Shown one piece after another: positions 1 to 7,996 of a stretch of DNA of 64,000 bases (within the stretch, counting starts at the first letter, position 1; every line of letters starts with the position of its first letter). The notes beneath the pieces were generated by a model. The model searched no databases. It saw nothing but the letters and a program-made list of their open reading frames with translations, and was not told the origin of the DNA. Made by a program: the position numbers and the translations under genes. Source of the stretch: Capsulimonadaceae bacterium (GTDB taxonomy: Bacteria; Armatimonadota; Armatimonadia; Armatimonadales; Capsulimonadaceae); the NCBI GenBank assembly GCA_965215505.1, contig OZ244065.1, positions 2,336,001 to 2,400,000 on the forward strand, in the 5' to 3' direction.

Positions 1-203
1 CGCAATCGAGGTATGTACGTCTCAGGCGCTTCCGGAAGGGGCAGCTTTCCTGTGCTGTATTTGATGATCGCTTCCCACAATGAGACGACGCTGAGGTACA
101 CCTCATTATCTGGATCACGGATTGCCTGGCTCCAAGCCTGAGTAAGCCTCTTGTCATTCGCGATGTACCACAAGAAAATGTGGGTGTCCAGCAGCAGTCT
201 CAT
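1..203 (-). CDS. vapC: PIN-domain (VapC-type) toxin, truncated by the window start
   Basis: Read manually: MRLLLDTHIFLWYIANDKRL...NEVYLSVVSLWEAIIKYSTGKL, a typical PIN N-terminus (LLDTH, SxxSxWE). The ATG at 203-201 overlaps the antitoxin stop (ATGA). Confidence 0.9.
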   Translation of the reverse strand, partial: MRLLLDTHIFLWYIANDKRLTQAWSQAIRDPDNEVYLSVVSLWEAIIKYSTGKLPLPEAPETYIPRL

Positions 204-451
204 CTCCCCTCAAACTCCCGAAGGATCTCTTCGGGTAAGGGATCATCAAAATCATCCGGCACGACGAACTCGCCTTCTGCGAGGCCGATAGGACGCAGCG
301 ACTTCGTTTTGCCTTCTTCAGCAGGCACGACTGGCTTGATCTCAGCAATGGGCTGACCATGTTGGGTCAACAAAAAAGTTTCCCCAGCTTTAGCATTCCG
401 CAGGTAGCCAGCTAGATCGCTCTGTATCTCGTCAATGCTGATTGTTGTCAT
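200..451 (-). CDS. Phd/YefM-family antitoxin
   Basis: MTTISIDEIQSDLAGYLRNAKAGETFLLTQHGQPIAEI is Phd-like, with a C-terminal RPIGLAEG...VPDDFDDPLP. Translationally coupled to the PIN toxin. Confidence 0.85.
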   Translation of the reverse strand: MTTISIDEIQSDLAGYLRNAKAGETFLLTQHGQPIAEIKPVVPAEEGKTKSLRPIGLAEGEFVVPDDFDDPLPEEILREFEGR

Positions 452-465
452 GGTTCTTTATCCCC

Positions 466-648
466 TCAGTCTGCGGAGGCAATCACATCAGGCCCAAATG
501 TCTCGACATGAAAAGCAATCGCCGACTTGACATCCGCAAGGGCTTCCTCATAGGTATCGCCTTCGCCGACCACGACGCCTGCAACGCCGAGCGGGTAGGC
601 GACGTAGCCGTCTGAGTGTCTTTCCACCACGATGTCAATTTGCTTCAT
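466..648 (-). CDS. hicB: HicB-family antitoxin-like protein (no hicA nearby)
   Basis: MKQIDIVVERHSDGYVAYPLGVAGVVVGEGDTYEEALADVKSAI carries the HicB signature GxTxEEAL. The start was moved to the ATG at 648. Confidence 0.75.
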   Translation of the reverse strand: MKQIDIVVERHSDGYVAYPLGVAGVVVGEGDTYEEALADVKSAIAFHVETFGPDVIASAD

Positions 649-895
649 GTGTCTGCTCCATGGGCTTTTCTGAGTGGGAATATGAGCCACCAACGCCATG
701 CGCCCAGGAGTAGGGGAAGCCATGGTTTTGCCGCGCTTCAGCGACGACCTGAGCCAAAGGCTTGACACGCCCTGCCGCCGCTGCCTCTAGTCCGCGCGAA
801 ATTCCGGCCCGGCTTTGTGCCATCTGCTCATCCGTCAGGTCATCGGGATTATCTGCAAGTGGATCGTCCGTCTCAGATGTTAGGTTGACGCTCAT
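635..895 (-). CDS. small acidic antitoxin-like protein
   Basis: 86 aa. ISRGLEAAAAGRVKPLAQVVAE resembles the C-terminus of ParD/RelB-type antitoxins. It lies in a TA cluster. Confidence 0.5.
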   Translation of the reverse strand: MSVNLTSETDDPLADNPDDLTDEQMAQSRAGISRGLEAAAAGRVKPLAQVVAEARQNHGFPYSWAHGVGGSYSHSEKPMEQTHEAN

Positions 896-938
896 GCCTT
901 TCGAGTTCCTAATGCCCTAGGGTTGTAGGCAGGGCAAT

Positions 939-1700
939 TCAGATTGTGAGCGAATAGCTGCTGAGGATTTTGTGACATTGGCGAATAGTCCACACTAAAC
1001 GCTTAACATCATCATGTTTCCGAATGAGCCGCTCGGGGGCATGCGAAAGTGAGTTCCTCACTTTGTACAGCTCGGTGACTTCTTCGTCGCTCAATTCCAA
1101 CAATTTAAAGTGTATGGCAACTTGAAGCATCCTCTTCAAACTGAGTTCGTTCAACAAACTCCGATTGACGTCGTTTGATTTGTTTTTGTTGAAGCTTTTT
1201 ATGATCTTGTTTGCATCAGGCGTACCAAAAACTTTATGTAACACCTGCTCTTCGAGTCGATCTTGAATCAAGGAAATGATGTGGAACTCCACTGCCTGCA
1301 ACAGGATGTAGAAGGGCAGGTTGACTAAATGATGATTAAGGTCGGAGAAATGAACATACCCTTCGACGCCCCACTTACCCAAGACAAAGCAGAACTGCCG
1401 TTCAGCAAAAACATCTACAATGTCCAGGATACTGCATCCTGATCCTACTGCCATATCGAAGTCAATTGACTTTAGATCAGGGCAATCACGTTCAATGTAG
1501 CCAGTTATCTTCCCGCTTGCCTCCACAGGCACCAGATTGAAGTCATCATACTCTTCAAGCAAGCGGCAGCCCTCTTCCGACGTTTTTGCTTTGACCAACT
1601 TCTCTACGGGAACCATGATGTCCCGCACAGTAAATTGCGTCGCAAGACGCTGAAGCGTTTGCTCGATGCTTGATGTTCGTGGATGTGGCATGTCATTCAT
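939..1700 (-). CDS. CBS-pair protein with C-terminal HEPN-like RNxxxH motif
   Basis: TVRDIMVP...FNLVPV..GKITGYI and GYVHFSDL are CBS-like. The helical C-terminus contains VRNSLSH (1041-1058). Visibly lower GC than the backbone. Confidence 0.65.
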   Translation of the reverse strand: MNDMPHPRTSSIEQTLQRLATQFTVRDIMVPVEKLVKAKTSEEGCRLLEEYDDFNLVPVEASGKITGYIERDCPDLKSIDFDMAVGSGCSILDIVDVFAERQFCFVLGKWGVEGYVHFSDLNHHLVNLPFYILLQAVEFHIISLIQDRLEEQVLHKVFGTPDANKIIKSFNKNKSNDVNRSLLNELSLKRMLQVAIHFKLLELSDEEVTELYKVRNSLSHAPERLIRKHDDVKRLVWTIRQCHKILSSYSLTI

Positions 1701-1736
1701 GTTAGAGTTGAGACGTCCTCATTCTGTTGACCGGAA

Positions 1737-3191
1737 TCATTTTGATAGCTGGTCAGGGACTTTCATCTTGATTTCCTGCTGCTTTCCGTTTCGGAACAGT
1801 GCCACATTGATTTCGTGGCCCGCGTTAGCTTTGACTAGCCGCTTGAAATCGCTTAGGGAGGCAAACGTGACGCCTTGAGCGGAAATCAGTTGGTCGCCAC
1901 TCTTGAGGCCAAGTTTATCCGCTAAACTGCCCTTGGGTACAGTAAGCACCCCTAGCATATTCCCAAAGAAAAGGCCACTTCCAAGTTGAAAGCCAGTGCC
2001 GTCACCGCCATGGCGAAGGGCTTCCGCCACATCGGCGGGAAGAGAGTGAGAAAACGCCGGAGATTGCACGATGACTTTGATATCTTCAAGGGAAGTAGGT
2101 ACGGCACTGTTTGCAGCGGCGATTGATCTCGATATGGCGTCATTAGCAACAGGTGTCCATCCACCTGTGCTTTGAGCGCTATGAACCCCATCAATCATCA
2201 AATCCACTGCCTGAAGTTGGTGTGCCAGATTCGCCTGGAACCCAGTAGCGAGCCGCTGCCTTAAAGCATCTGTCGTAGTTACCCTGCTGAGTGCTTCCGA
2301 CTCCTCTTTGGCTTCTCCTTGTAGCTTATAAACAAAGGCAGGTACGCCGGATTTGAATCCGCCGTTCTTTGCGATTTCTTCTTGCCCCACGAACTGCATA
2401 GCCACCGCAAGGTCTTCAGCGGTCACAAAAGTTCGCGCGAGAAGTTTATCAAGATCATCGTTTGCGCCAGCCCCGGAGGTCGGCGTGACAACCACAGTTT
2501 CCTTGGCGCTTCCCCAAGGCTGCGTAGGCAGGCTTGCGTCTAGCCCGAGGACGTAAGTCGAAGGCACGGCAAAATTGAGGTTCTGCCCCTCCCGGAACTG
2601 AAACGACACGACACCAGTGACTTGGCCTTGTGCGTTAAAGAGAGGCCCCCCGCTATTTCCAGGCGAAGAGGGGCAAGAGAACTGGTAGTGATTGATACCG
2701 TCTGCGATTTGTATTTGACTCAGAAGGCCGCTTGTGATGCTGAACTCTAACCCTTCTGGTGCGCCAATAACGTAAGCGGCGGAGCCTACGTCGGGGGCAG
2801 TTGTGGCGACAGGCAAGAGAGCTTTGCCGAAAACTTTGACACGAATTAAAGCGATGTCACGTTTCTCATCCTTATCCACAAGCCCCGACGATTCGAACTC
2901 CTGGCCGTCTGAAAACTTGGCAGTGACTGTTTTAGCGTCACGAACGACATGCCAAGCGGTGACGGCCATGCCATCCTTAACCGCCATGAAGCCGGTTCCC
3001 AGAACATTGTCACCGTTGCTTTTCAGCACCTTCAGCGTCATCACTGAGGGTAAAGATTGTTTGTAGATGTCCTGCGACTTTAACTCATCTGCTAAAGCCA
3101 ACGAAGCTACTATGAGTAGCAGTGACACAGTTGACATTATGTGCTGAATTATACGTTGCACCGATTTTATGTTCCTTTTGTGTTGCTTCAT
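1737..3191 (-). CDS. secreted S1C/HtrA-like serine protease with C-terminal PDZ
   Basis: TAWHVV (His), RDIAL (Asp) and GNSGGP (Ser) triad, PDZ motif GSLADKLGLKSGDQL, and a signal-like N-terminus. Alternative start at 3137. Confidence 0.85.
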   Translation of the reverse strand: MKQHKRNIKSVQRIIQHIMSTVSLLLIVASLALADELKSQDIYKQSLPSVMTLKVLKSNGDNVLGTGFMAVKDGMAVTAWHVVRDAKTVTAKFSDGQEFESSGLVDKDEKRDIALIRVKVFGKALLPVATTAPDVGSAAYVIGAPEGLEFSITSGLLSQIQIADGINHYQFSCPSSPGNSGGPLFNAQGQVTGVVSFQFREGQNLNFAVPSTYVLGLDASLPTQPWGSAKETVVVTPTSGAGANDDLDKLLARTFVTAEDLAVAMQFVGQEEIAKNGGFKSGVPAFVYKLQGEAKEESEALSRVTTTDALRQRLATGFQANLAHQLQAVDLMIDGVHSAQSTGGWTPVANDAISRSIAAANSAVPTSLEDIKVIVQSPAFSHSLPADVAEALRHGGDGTGFQLGSGLFFGNMLGVLTVPKGSLADKLGLKSGDQLISAQGVTFASLSDFKRLVKANAGHEINVALFRNGKQQEIKMKVPDQLSK

Positions 3192-3256
3192 GTGTGGCGA
3201 GAATTGACAGAACAGAAGGCCCAGGAAGATGGCTATTACGGCGTCTTGGAGCCTTC

Positions 3257-4960
3257 CTACATCCGCTCCGGCGCGGACAGGCCGAGCAGGGCCAGCACGT
3301 TCCGCAGGACGGTCTGGGTGGCGTGGACCAGGACCAGGCGGGCCTTCATGGTTTCCACGTCGTCGCAGACCACGCGGAGGGCGGTGGTGCGGTTGCCGGC
3401 GTCGTAGAAGGAGTGGAACAGGGCGGCCAGGTCGCGGGCGTACTGGACGATGCGCTGGGGGGCGTACTCGGACGCGGCCAGGACGACCTCGTTGGGCAGC
3501 TCGCTCAGTTTCTTGATCAGGTCGGTCTCGGCGTCTTCGGTCAGCAGGGACAGGTCGGCGTCTCCAGCGGCGGGGACGGAAACGCCCTTCTCGGCGCGCG
3601 CCTTGTCAATGGCCTGGACGATCCGGGCGTGGGCGTACTGGACGTAGTAGACGGGGTTGTCCTTCTCGGTCTTCCGGGCTAAATCTACGTCAATCTCCAG
3701 GGCGCTGTAGGGGGAGCGCATCAGGAAGAAGAACCGGGCGGCGTCTTTGCCGATCTCGTCAATCAGGTCGGCTTTTAGCTCCAGGATATTGCCCTTGCGC
3801 TTGGAGGACATGACGACCTCGCCGCCCTTGACGATGCTGACGAGCTGGTACAGCAGCACGTCCAGCCGGGCGGGGTCGTAGCCCAGGGCGGCCAGGCTCG
3901 CCTTGGTCCGGGCGACGTAGCCCGCGTGGTCGGCCCCCCAGACGTTGATGGCGCGGTCGAAGCCGCGGTCCAGCTTGTCCTTGCTGTAGGCCAGGTCCCC
4001 GGTCATGTAGGTGGGGGTGCCGTCGGAGCGCACCAGGACGCGGTCCTTGTCGTCACCGAACTCGGTGGACTTGAACCAGAGCGCGCCGTCCTTCTCGTAG
4101 GTGTAGCCGCGCTCCTGGATGCTCTCGATGGCCCGCGCGACGCGCCCGTCGGCGTGCAGAGTGGCCTCGCTGAACCAGGTGTCGAAGGTGACGCCGAAGG
4201 CGGCAAGGTCCGCCTTCTGCTGGGCGATCATGCCCTTCTCCGACAGGTCGCGGAAGGTGCGCGTGGTCTGCGGGTCGTCAATGTCGGCGTTCACGAACTC
4301 CTCGCCGTGGAGCGCCAGCACCTCGCGGGCCACGTCCAGGACGTAGTCGCCCCGGTACATCTCCTCCCACTCCTGGCCCGAATGCCCGAGCAGTTCCCGG
4401 TAGCGGAAGAAGACCGAGCGCCCGAAGTTGTTCATCTGGACCGAGTTCAGGGCGTCGTTGATGTAGTACTCGCGCGAGACCTCATTGCCCGCCGCCGCCA
4501 GCAGGGAGCAGAGCGTGTCGCCGATGGCGGCGTTGCGGCCCCCGGCCACGGTGATGGGGCCGTTCGGGTTGGTCGAGACGAACTCGACGACGATTCTTTG
4601 GCCGCCGGCCTCGGAGCGTCCGTAACTTGCGCCCTGCGCCTCGACGCGCCTGAGGATGTCGCCGAGCCAGTCCGGGCGCAGGCGCAGGTTGATGAAGCCC
4701 GGCCCGGCGATCTCCGCCCCGGCGATGAGGGCGTCGTCGCCGATGGGCAGGTGGCTGACGATGCGCGCGGCCACGTCACGCGGCGGCATGCCGAGGGTGC
4801 GGGCCAGCCCCAAGGCGACGCCCGTCGCCCAGTCGCCGTGCGCCTTCTGCTTGGGCATCTCCAGTGTGACGGCCGGGATCGTTTCGAGGGCTAGGTCGCC
4901 GTCCGCCCTGGCGGCTTCCAGTGCCTGCCCGATGATTCCCGCCAGTTGTTCCTTGATCAT
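3257..4960 (-). CDS. argS: arginyl-tRNA synthetase
   Basis: AGPGFIN, FGDDKDRVL.RSDGTPTY, WGADHAGY, NPVYYVQYAHAR and C-terminal APERM. The ATG at 4960 follows AGGAG. Confidence 0.96.
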   Translation of the reverse strand: MIKEQLAGIIGQALEAARADGDLALETIPAVTLEMPKQKAHGDWATGVALGLARTLGMPPRDVAARIVSHLPIGDDALIAGAEIAGPGFINLRLRPDWLGDILRRVEAQGASYGRSEAGGQRIVVEFVSTNPNGPITVAGGRNAAIGDTLCSLLAAAGNEVSREYYINDALNSVQMNNFGRSVFFRYRELLGHSGQEWEEMYRGDYVLDVAREVLALHGEEFVNADIDDPQTTRTFRDLSEKGMIAQQKADLAAFGVTFDTWFSEATLHADGRVARAIESIQERGYTYEKDGALWFKSTEFGDDKDRVLVRSDGTPTYMTGDLAYSKDKLDRGFDRAINVWGADHAGYVARTKASLAALGYDPARLDVLLYQLVSIVKGGEVVMSSKRKGNILELKADLIDEIGKDAARFFFLMRSPYSALEIDVDLARKTEKDNPVYYVQYAHARIVQAIDKARAEKGVSVPAAGDADLSLLTEDAETDLIKKLSELPNEVVLAASEYAPQRIVQYARDLAALFHSFYDAGNRTTALRVVCDDVETMKARLVLVHATQTVLRNVLALLGLSAPERM

Positions 4961-5006
4961 GTTGCTCCTAAGATACTCTCCCCGGCGCGAGTGCCGGGAG
5001 AGGAGG

Positions 5007-5963
5007 TCACTCCACCCATCTCGCAAGCCCCGGCCACAGCCTCTCGGCCAGACTCAGCAGGCCGTACACCGCCCCGTACCCCAGCAGGAGCTGCGCCAGC
5101 CCCATCGCCCACAGCCGGCGGGCTGGGGCGAAGCGCAGGACCATCCCGTTCTCCATCCACGATTGGCGGCGGGCCAGCACCTCTTCGGCGGCGCGGATCG
5201 CGCCCGCGATCTGTGCATCGGTGGCCGGGCGGGTCGCGAACCACTGCTGGAACCAGCCGCCGACTCGCCGCCAGAAAACCAGCGCGAACGGCCCGGCCAC
5301 CATCGCGGACACCGAGGCAGCGTCCGTCTGCGGCCAGCCGCCCGCCGAGGCCGCGCTGAAGACGGCCAAAAACGTCAGCAGGAACAGGGTGAAGCCGACG
5401 AACAGGTTCGTCCCGCAGCGCGGGTGGACGCGCGGCATCGCCCGGACACTCTCCGGCACGAGCGGGACGGAACGCTCGACGCAGTGGACGACCTGATGCT
5501 CGGCGGCGTGGGTCCCGGACAACGGGGCGAGGCGCAGCAGCAGGAAGACGAGCGGCAGGGGCAGCCAGGGCGAGATCGCCGCCAGCCACGTCTGGAAGCC
5601 GGGCGGCAGGCGTGCCTCCCAGCGGCTCAGGCCGGGCAGGTGGGCAGATGCCTCGTGCGCCAGGCCGTGCGCGCCGGCCTGGGCCAGCAGGGCCAGGCTG
5701 CTCATCGCCGCGCCCGTCAGGAACAGGCCCCAGAGACCCGCCCCGCCGCTGGAAACGCCGTCGTGCAGGTACACGCCCAGGGGCGTCGCCATGCCGCCCA
5801 AGCGGGGCGGTTCGGGCCGCGACAGGACGGCCAGAGTCAGGCCCGTCTGCGGGTCCAGGATCGGGAGCGTGGGCCAGGGCGAACGGTGCAGCGCCTCCAG
5901 AGCGTCGTGCAGACTGGTTTCGGGGACTGCGGGCGCGGCCACCGGCGGCGGTTCCTCTTGCAT
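5007..5963 (-). CDS. DUF1385-family putative metal-dependent membrane protein
   Basis: HAAEHQVVH and HPRCGTN motifs, plus TM segments. Confidence 0.8.
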   Translation of the reverse strand: MQEEPPPVAAPAVPETSLHDALEALHRSPWPTLPILDPQTGLTLAVLSRPEPPRLGGMATPLGVYLHDGVSSGGAGLWGLFLTGAAMSSLALLAQAGAHGLAHEASAHLPGLSRWEARLPPGFQTWLAAISPWLPLPLVFLLLRLAPLSGTHAAEHQVVHCVERSVPLVPESVRAMPRVHPRCGTNLFVGFTLFLLTFLAVFSAASAGGWPQTDAASVSAMVAGPFALVFWRRVGGWFQQWFATRPATDAQIAGAIRAAEEVLARRQSWMENGMVLRFAPARRLWAMGLAQLLLGYGAVYGLLSLAERLWPGLARWVE

Positions 5964-6107
5964 TGGTTAACTATACCGTTTCAATCCTCACCGTTTCCGA
6001 AGAAGCAGTGCCAGTATTTATCATACCAAAGCCCCGGTGAAAAGTCAACCGCAGACCAGCGGTGAACTCCGGCAGAAACACCGGCATGTTTACCGGCGTG
6101 GATACCC

Positions 6108-6134
6108 TAGAGAACCGGCCGAGGCCGCCCATAA
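6108..6134 (+). promoter_or_regulatory. sigma28/FliA-type promoter of flagellin
   Basis: TAGA-N15-GCCCATAA versus consensus TAAA-N15-GCCGATAA, about 195 nt upstream of fliC. Confidence 0.6.
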
Positions 6135-6329
6135 TAGAGTTGTACGCAGCAGGAAGCCCCGACAGCCTCGCCGAGACAAGCGGATCACAGGGAACGTGAT
6201 CCGGGTTCGGCCCGCCTCCACCGTCCCGGCGAGAAGAGCGGCCTTCCCAACCCGTACCCATCACTGGCAGGAAGCCAGCGAGTCAACACACCGTCCCCGG
6301 CTCCGGGGGCATCAAGGAAGAAAGAAACC

Positions 6330-7808
6330 ATGTCCAGCTACATCAACACCAACACGACCGCCAGCGAGGCCGCCTACAACCTCGGCATCAACCAGTCGAA
6401 CGAGCAGAAGAACATCCAGCGCCTGTCGTCCGGCCTCCGCATCAACTCCGCCGCCGACGACGCCTCGGGCCTGGTCATCTCCGAAAGCCTGCGCGCCCAG
6501 TCCGCCGGCTTGACCCAGGCGACCGCGAACACCAACGACGCCATCAACGTGGTGAAGACGGCGGAAGGTGCCTTGAACGAGGTCCACTCGCTCCTGATCA
6601 ACATCCGCTCGCTCGTCGTCCACGCCGCCAACGTCGGCGCCAACGACCCGACCGCCCTGAAGGCCGACCAGGACGCCATCGCGTCCGCCGTCTCCAGCAT
6701 CAACCGCATCGCCAGCACGACCCAGTTCAACAACAAGAACCTGCTGGACGGCTCGGCCAGCTCCTCCTCGGCGGCCGTCACCGCCGGGACCGGCACGGCC
6801 AGCAGCACCGGCTCCACCAGCCTCGCCCTGGTCTCGCAGGCTTCGTCCTACGGCACCACCGCCATCGCCAGCGGCCACGTCGGCTACACCCAGGCGGTCG
6901 CCAACGTGCAGAAGGCGACATTCACGGGTGGTCTGGCCGCTGACACCTTCGGCGGCTCGTTCGTCATCGAAGGCAAGACGGTCGTCCTGAACGGCTCCTC
7001 CAACACGAACGCCAGCATCGCCACCGCGATCCAGCAGCAGACGGGCCTGAACTACGCGGTCACCGGGACCGGTGCCGCCGGCACCGGCCTGACCTTCACC
7101 AATCAGAAGACGGGCGCGGCGGCGGGGACCACGGACTTCACGAACCTGACCTCCACGACCGCTACGGCCACGGTGACGACCAACCCGACGGTCGGCGCGA
7201 ACGCCTCCGTCTCGGTGAACGGCCTGACCAGTGACACGGTGAGCACGGACGGCAAGACCTTCAGCTTCACCTCGGGTGCCCTCAAGGGCCTCTCCCTGAG
7301 CACCAACGCGACCGCCACCAACACCGACATCGGCGAGTTCAGCGCGACGGCGGACAAGGCGGTCGCCGGGCAGGACTTGCAGTTCCAGGTCGGCGCGAAC
7401 GCCGGCCAGACGGTGAACATCAGCATCGGCAGCACGAAGGCCAACACGCTGGGCAATGCCGGCAGCTTCAACCTCGGCGACCTGGCCGCAGGCGGCGCGC
7501 TGAACGTGACCGACCCGACGGGCGCCGCGCAGCAGAGCGCCCTGAAGGTGGTTGACCAGGCCATCGCGGACGTCTCCACGACCCGCGAGAAACTGGGCGC
7601 GCTCCAGAGCAACGTCCTGCAATCCAACGTCCGCAGCCTCGGCGTCGCGCAGCAGAATACGGACGCCTCGGAGAGTACCATCCGCGACACGAACCTCTCC
7701 TCGGAGATCGTGGACTTCACGAAGAACCAGATCCTGGTGCAGGCGGGCACGTCCGCTCTGGCCCAGGCGAATTCGGCTCCGCAGGCGATCCTGAAGCTCC
7801 TCCAGTAA
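6330..7808 (+). CDS. fliC: flagellin
   Basis: N-terminal INTN...RLSSGLRINSAADDASGL and C-terminal REKLGALQ...SESTIRDT...ILVQAGTSALAQAN. Confidence 0.97.
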   Translation: MSSYINTNTTASEAAYNLGINQSNEQKNIQRLSSGLRINSAADDASGLVISESLRAQSAGLTQATANTNDAINVVKTAEGALNEVHSLLINIRSLVVHAANVGANDPTALKADQDAIASAVSSINRIASTTQFNNKNLLDGSASSSSAAVTAGTGTASSTGSTSLALVSQASSYGTTAIASGHVGYTQAVANVQKATFTGGLAADTFGGSFVIEGKTVVLNGSSNTNASIATAIQQQTGLNYAVTGTGAAGTGLTFTNQKTGAAAGTTDFTNLTSTTATATVTTNPTVGANASVSVNGLTSDTVSTDGKTFSFTSGALKGLSLSTNATATNTDIGEFSATADKAVAGQDLQFQVGANAGQTVNISIGSTKANTLGNAGSFNLGDLAAGGALNVTDPTGAAQQSALKVVDQAIADVSTTREKLGALQSNVLQSNVRSLGVAQQNTDASESTIRDTNLSSEIVDFTKNQILVQAGTSALAQANSAPQAILKLLQ

Positions 7809-7833
7809 TCCTGACGGCTCACTTCTCTCCCGC

Positions 7834-7864
7834 GAGGGGGCTGCTTCGGCAGCCCCCTCTTTTT
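7834..7864 (+). terminator. intrinsic terminator after fliC
   Basis: GAGGGGGCTGC-TTCG-GCAGCCCCCTC followed by a T-run. Confidence 0.85.
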
Positions 7865-7941
7865 CGTCCGCTTTTCCTCCGTTGTGCCTGCCACGGATTG
7901 AAACCCGTGACCTCCGCCAAGCATCTTTGGCAGGACTCCCC

Positions 7942-7969
7942 TAATGAAAGCGGTCCCGCCCGCCGATTA
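7942..7969 (+). promoter_or_regulatory. sigma28/SigD-type promoter of fliD
   Basis: TAAT-N16-GCCGATTA upstream of the AGGAG RBS and the ATG at 7997. Confidence 0.55.
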
Positions 7970-7996
7970 TTCGGGTAACGCAGGAGACCCACCGTT

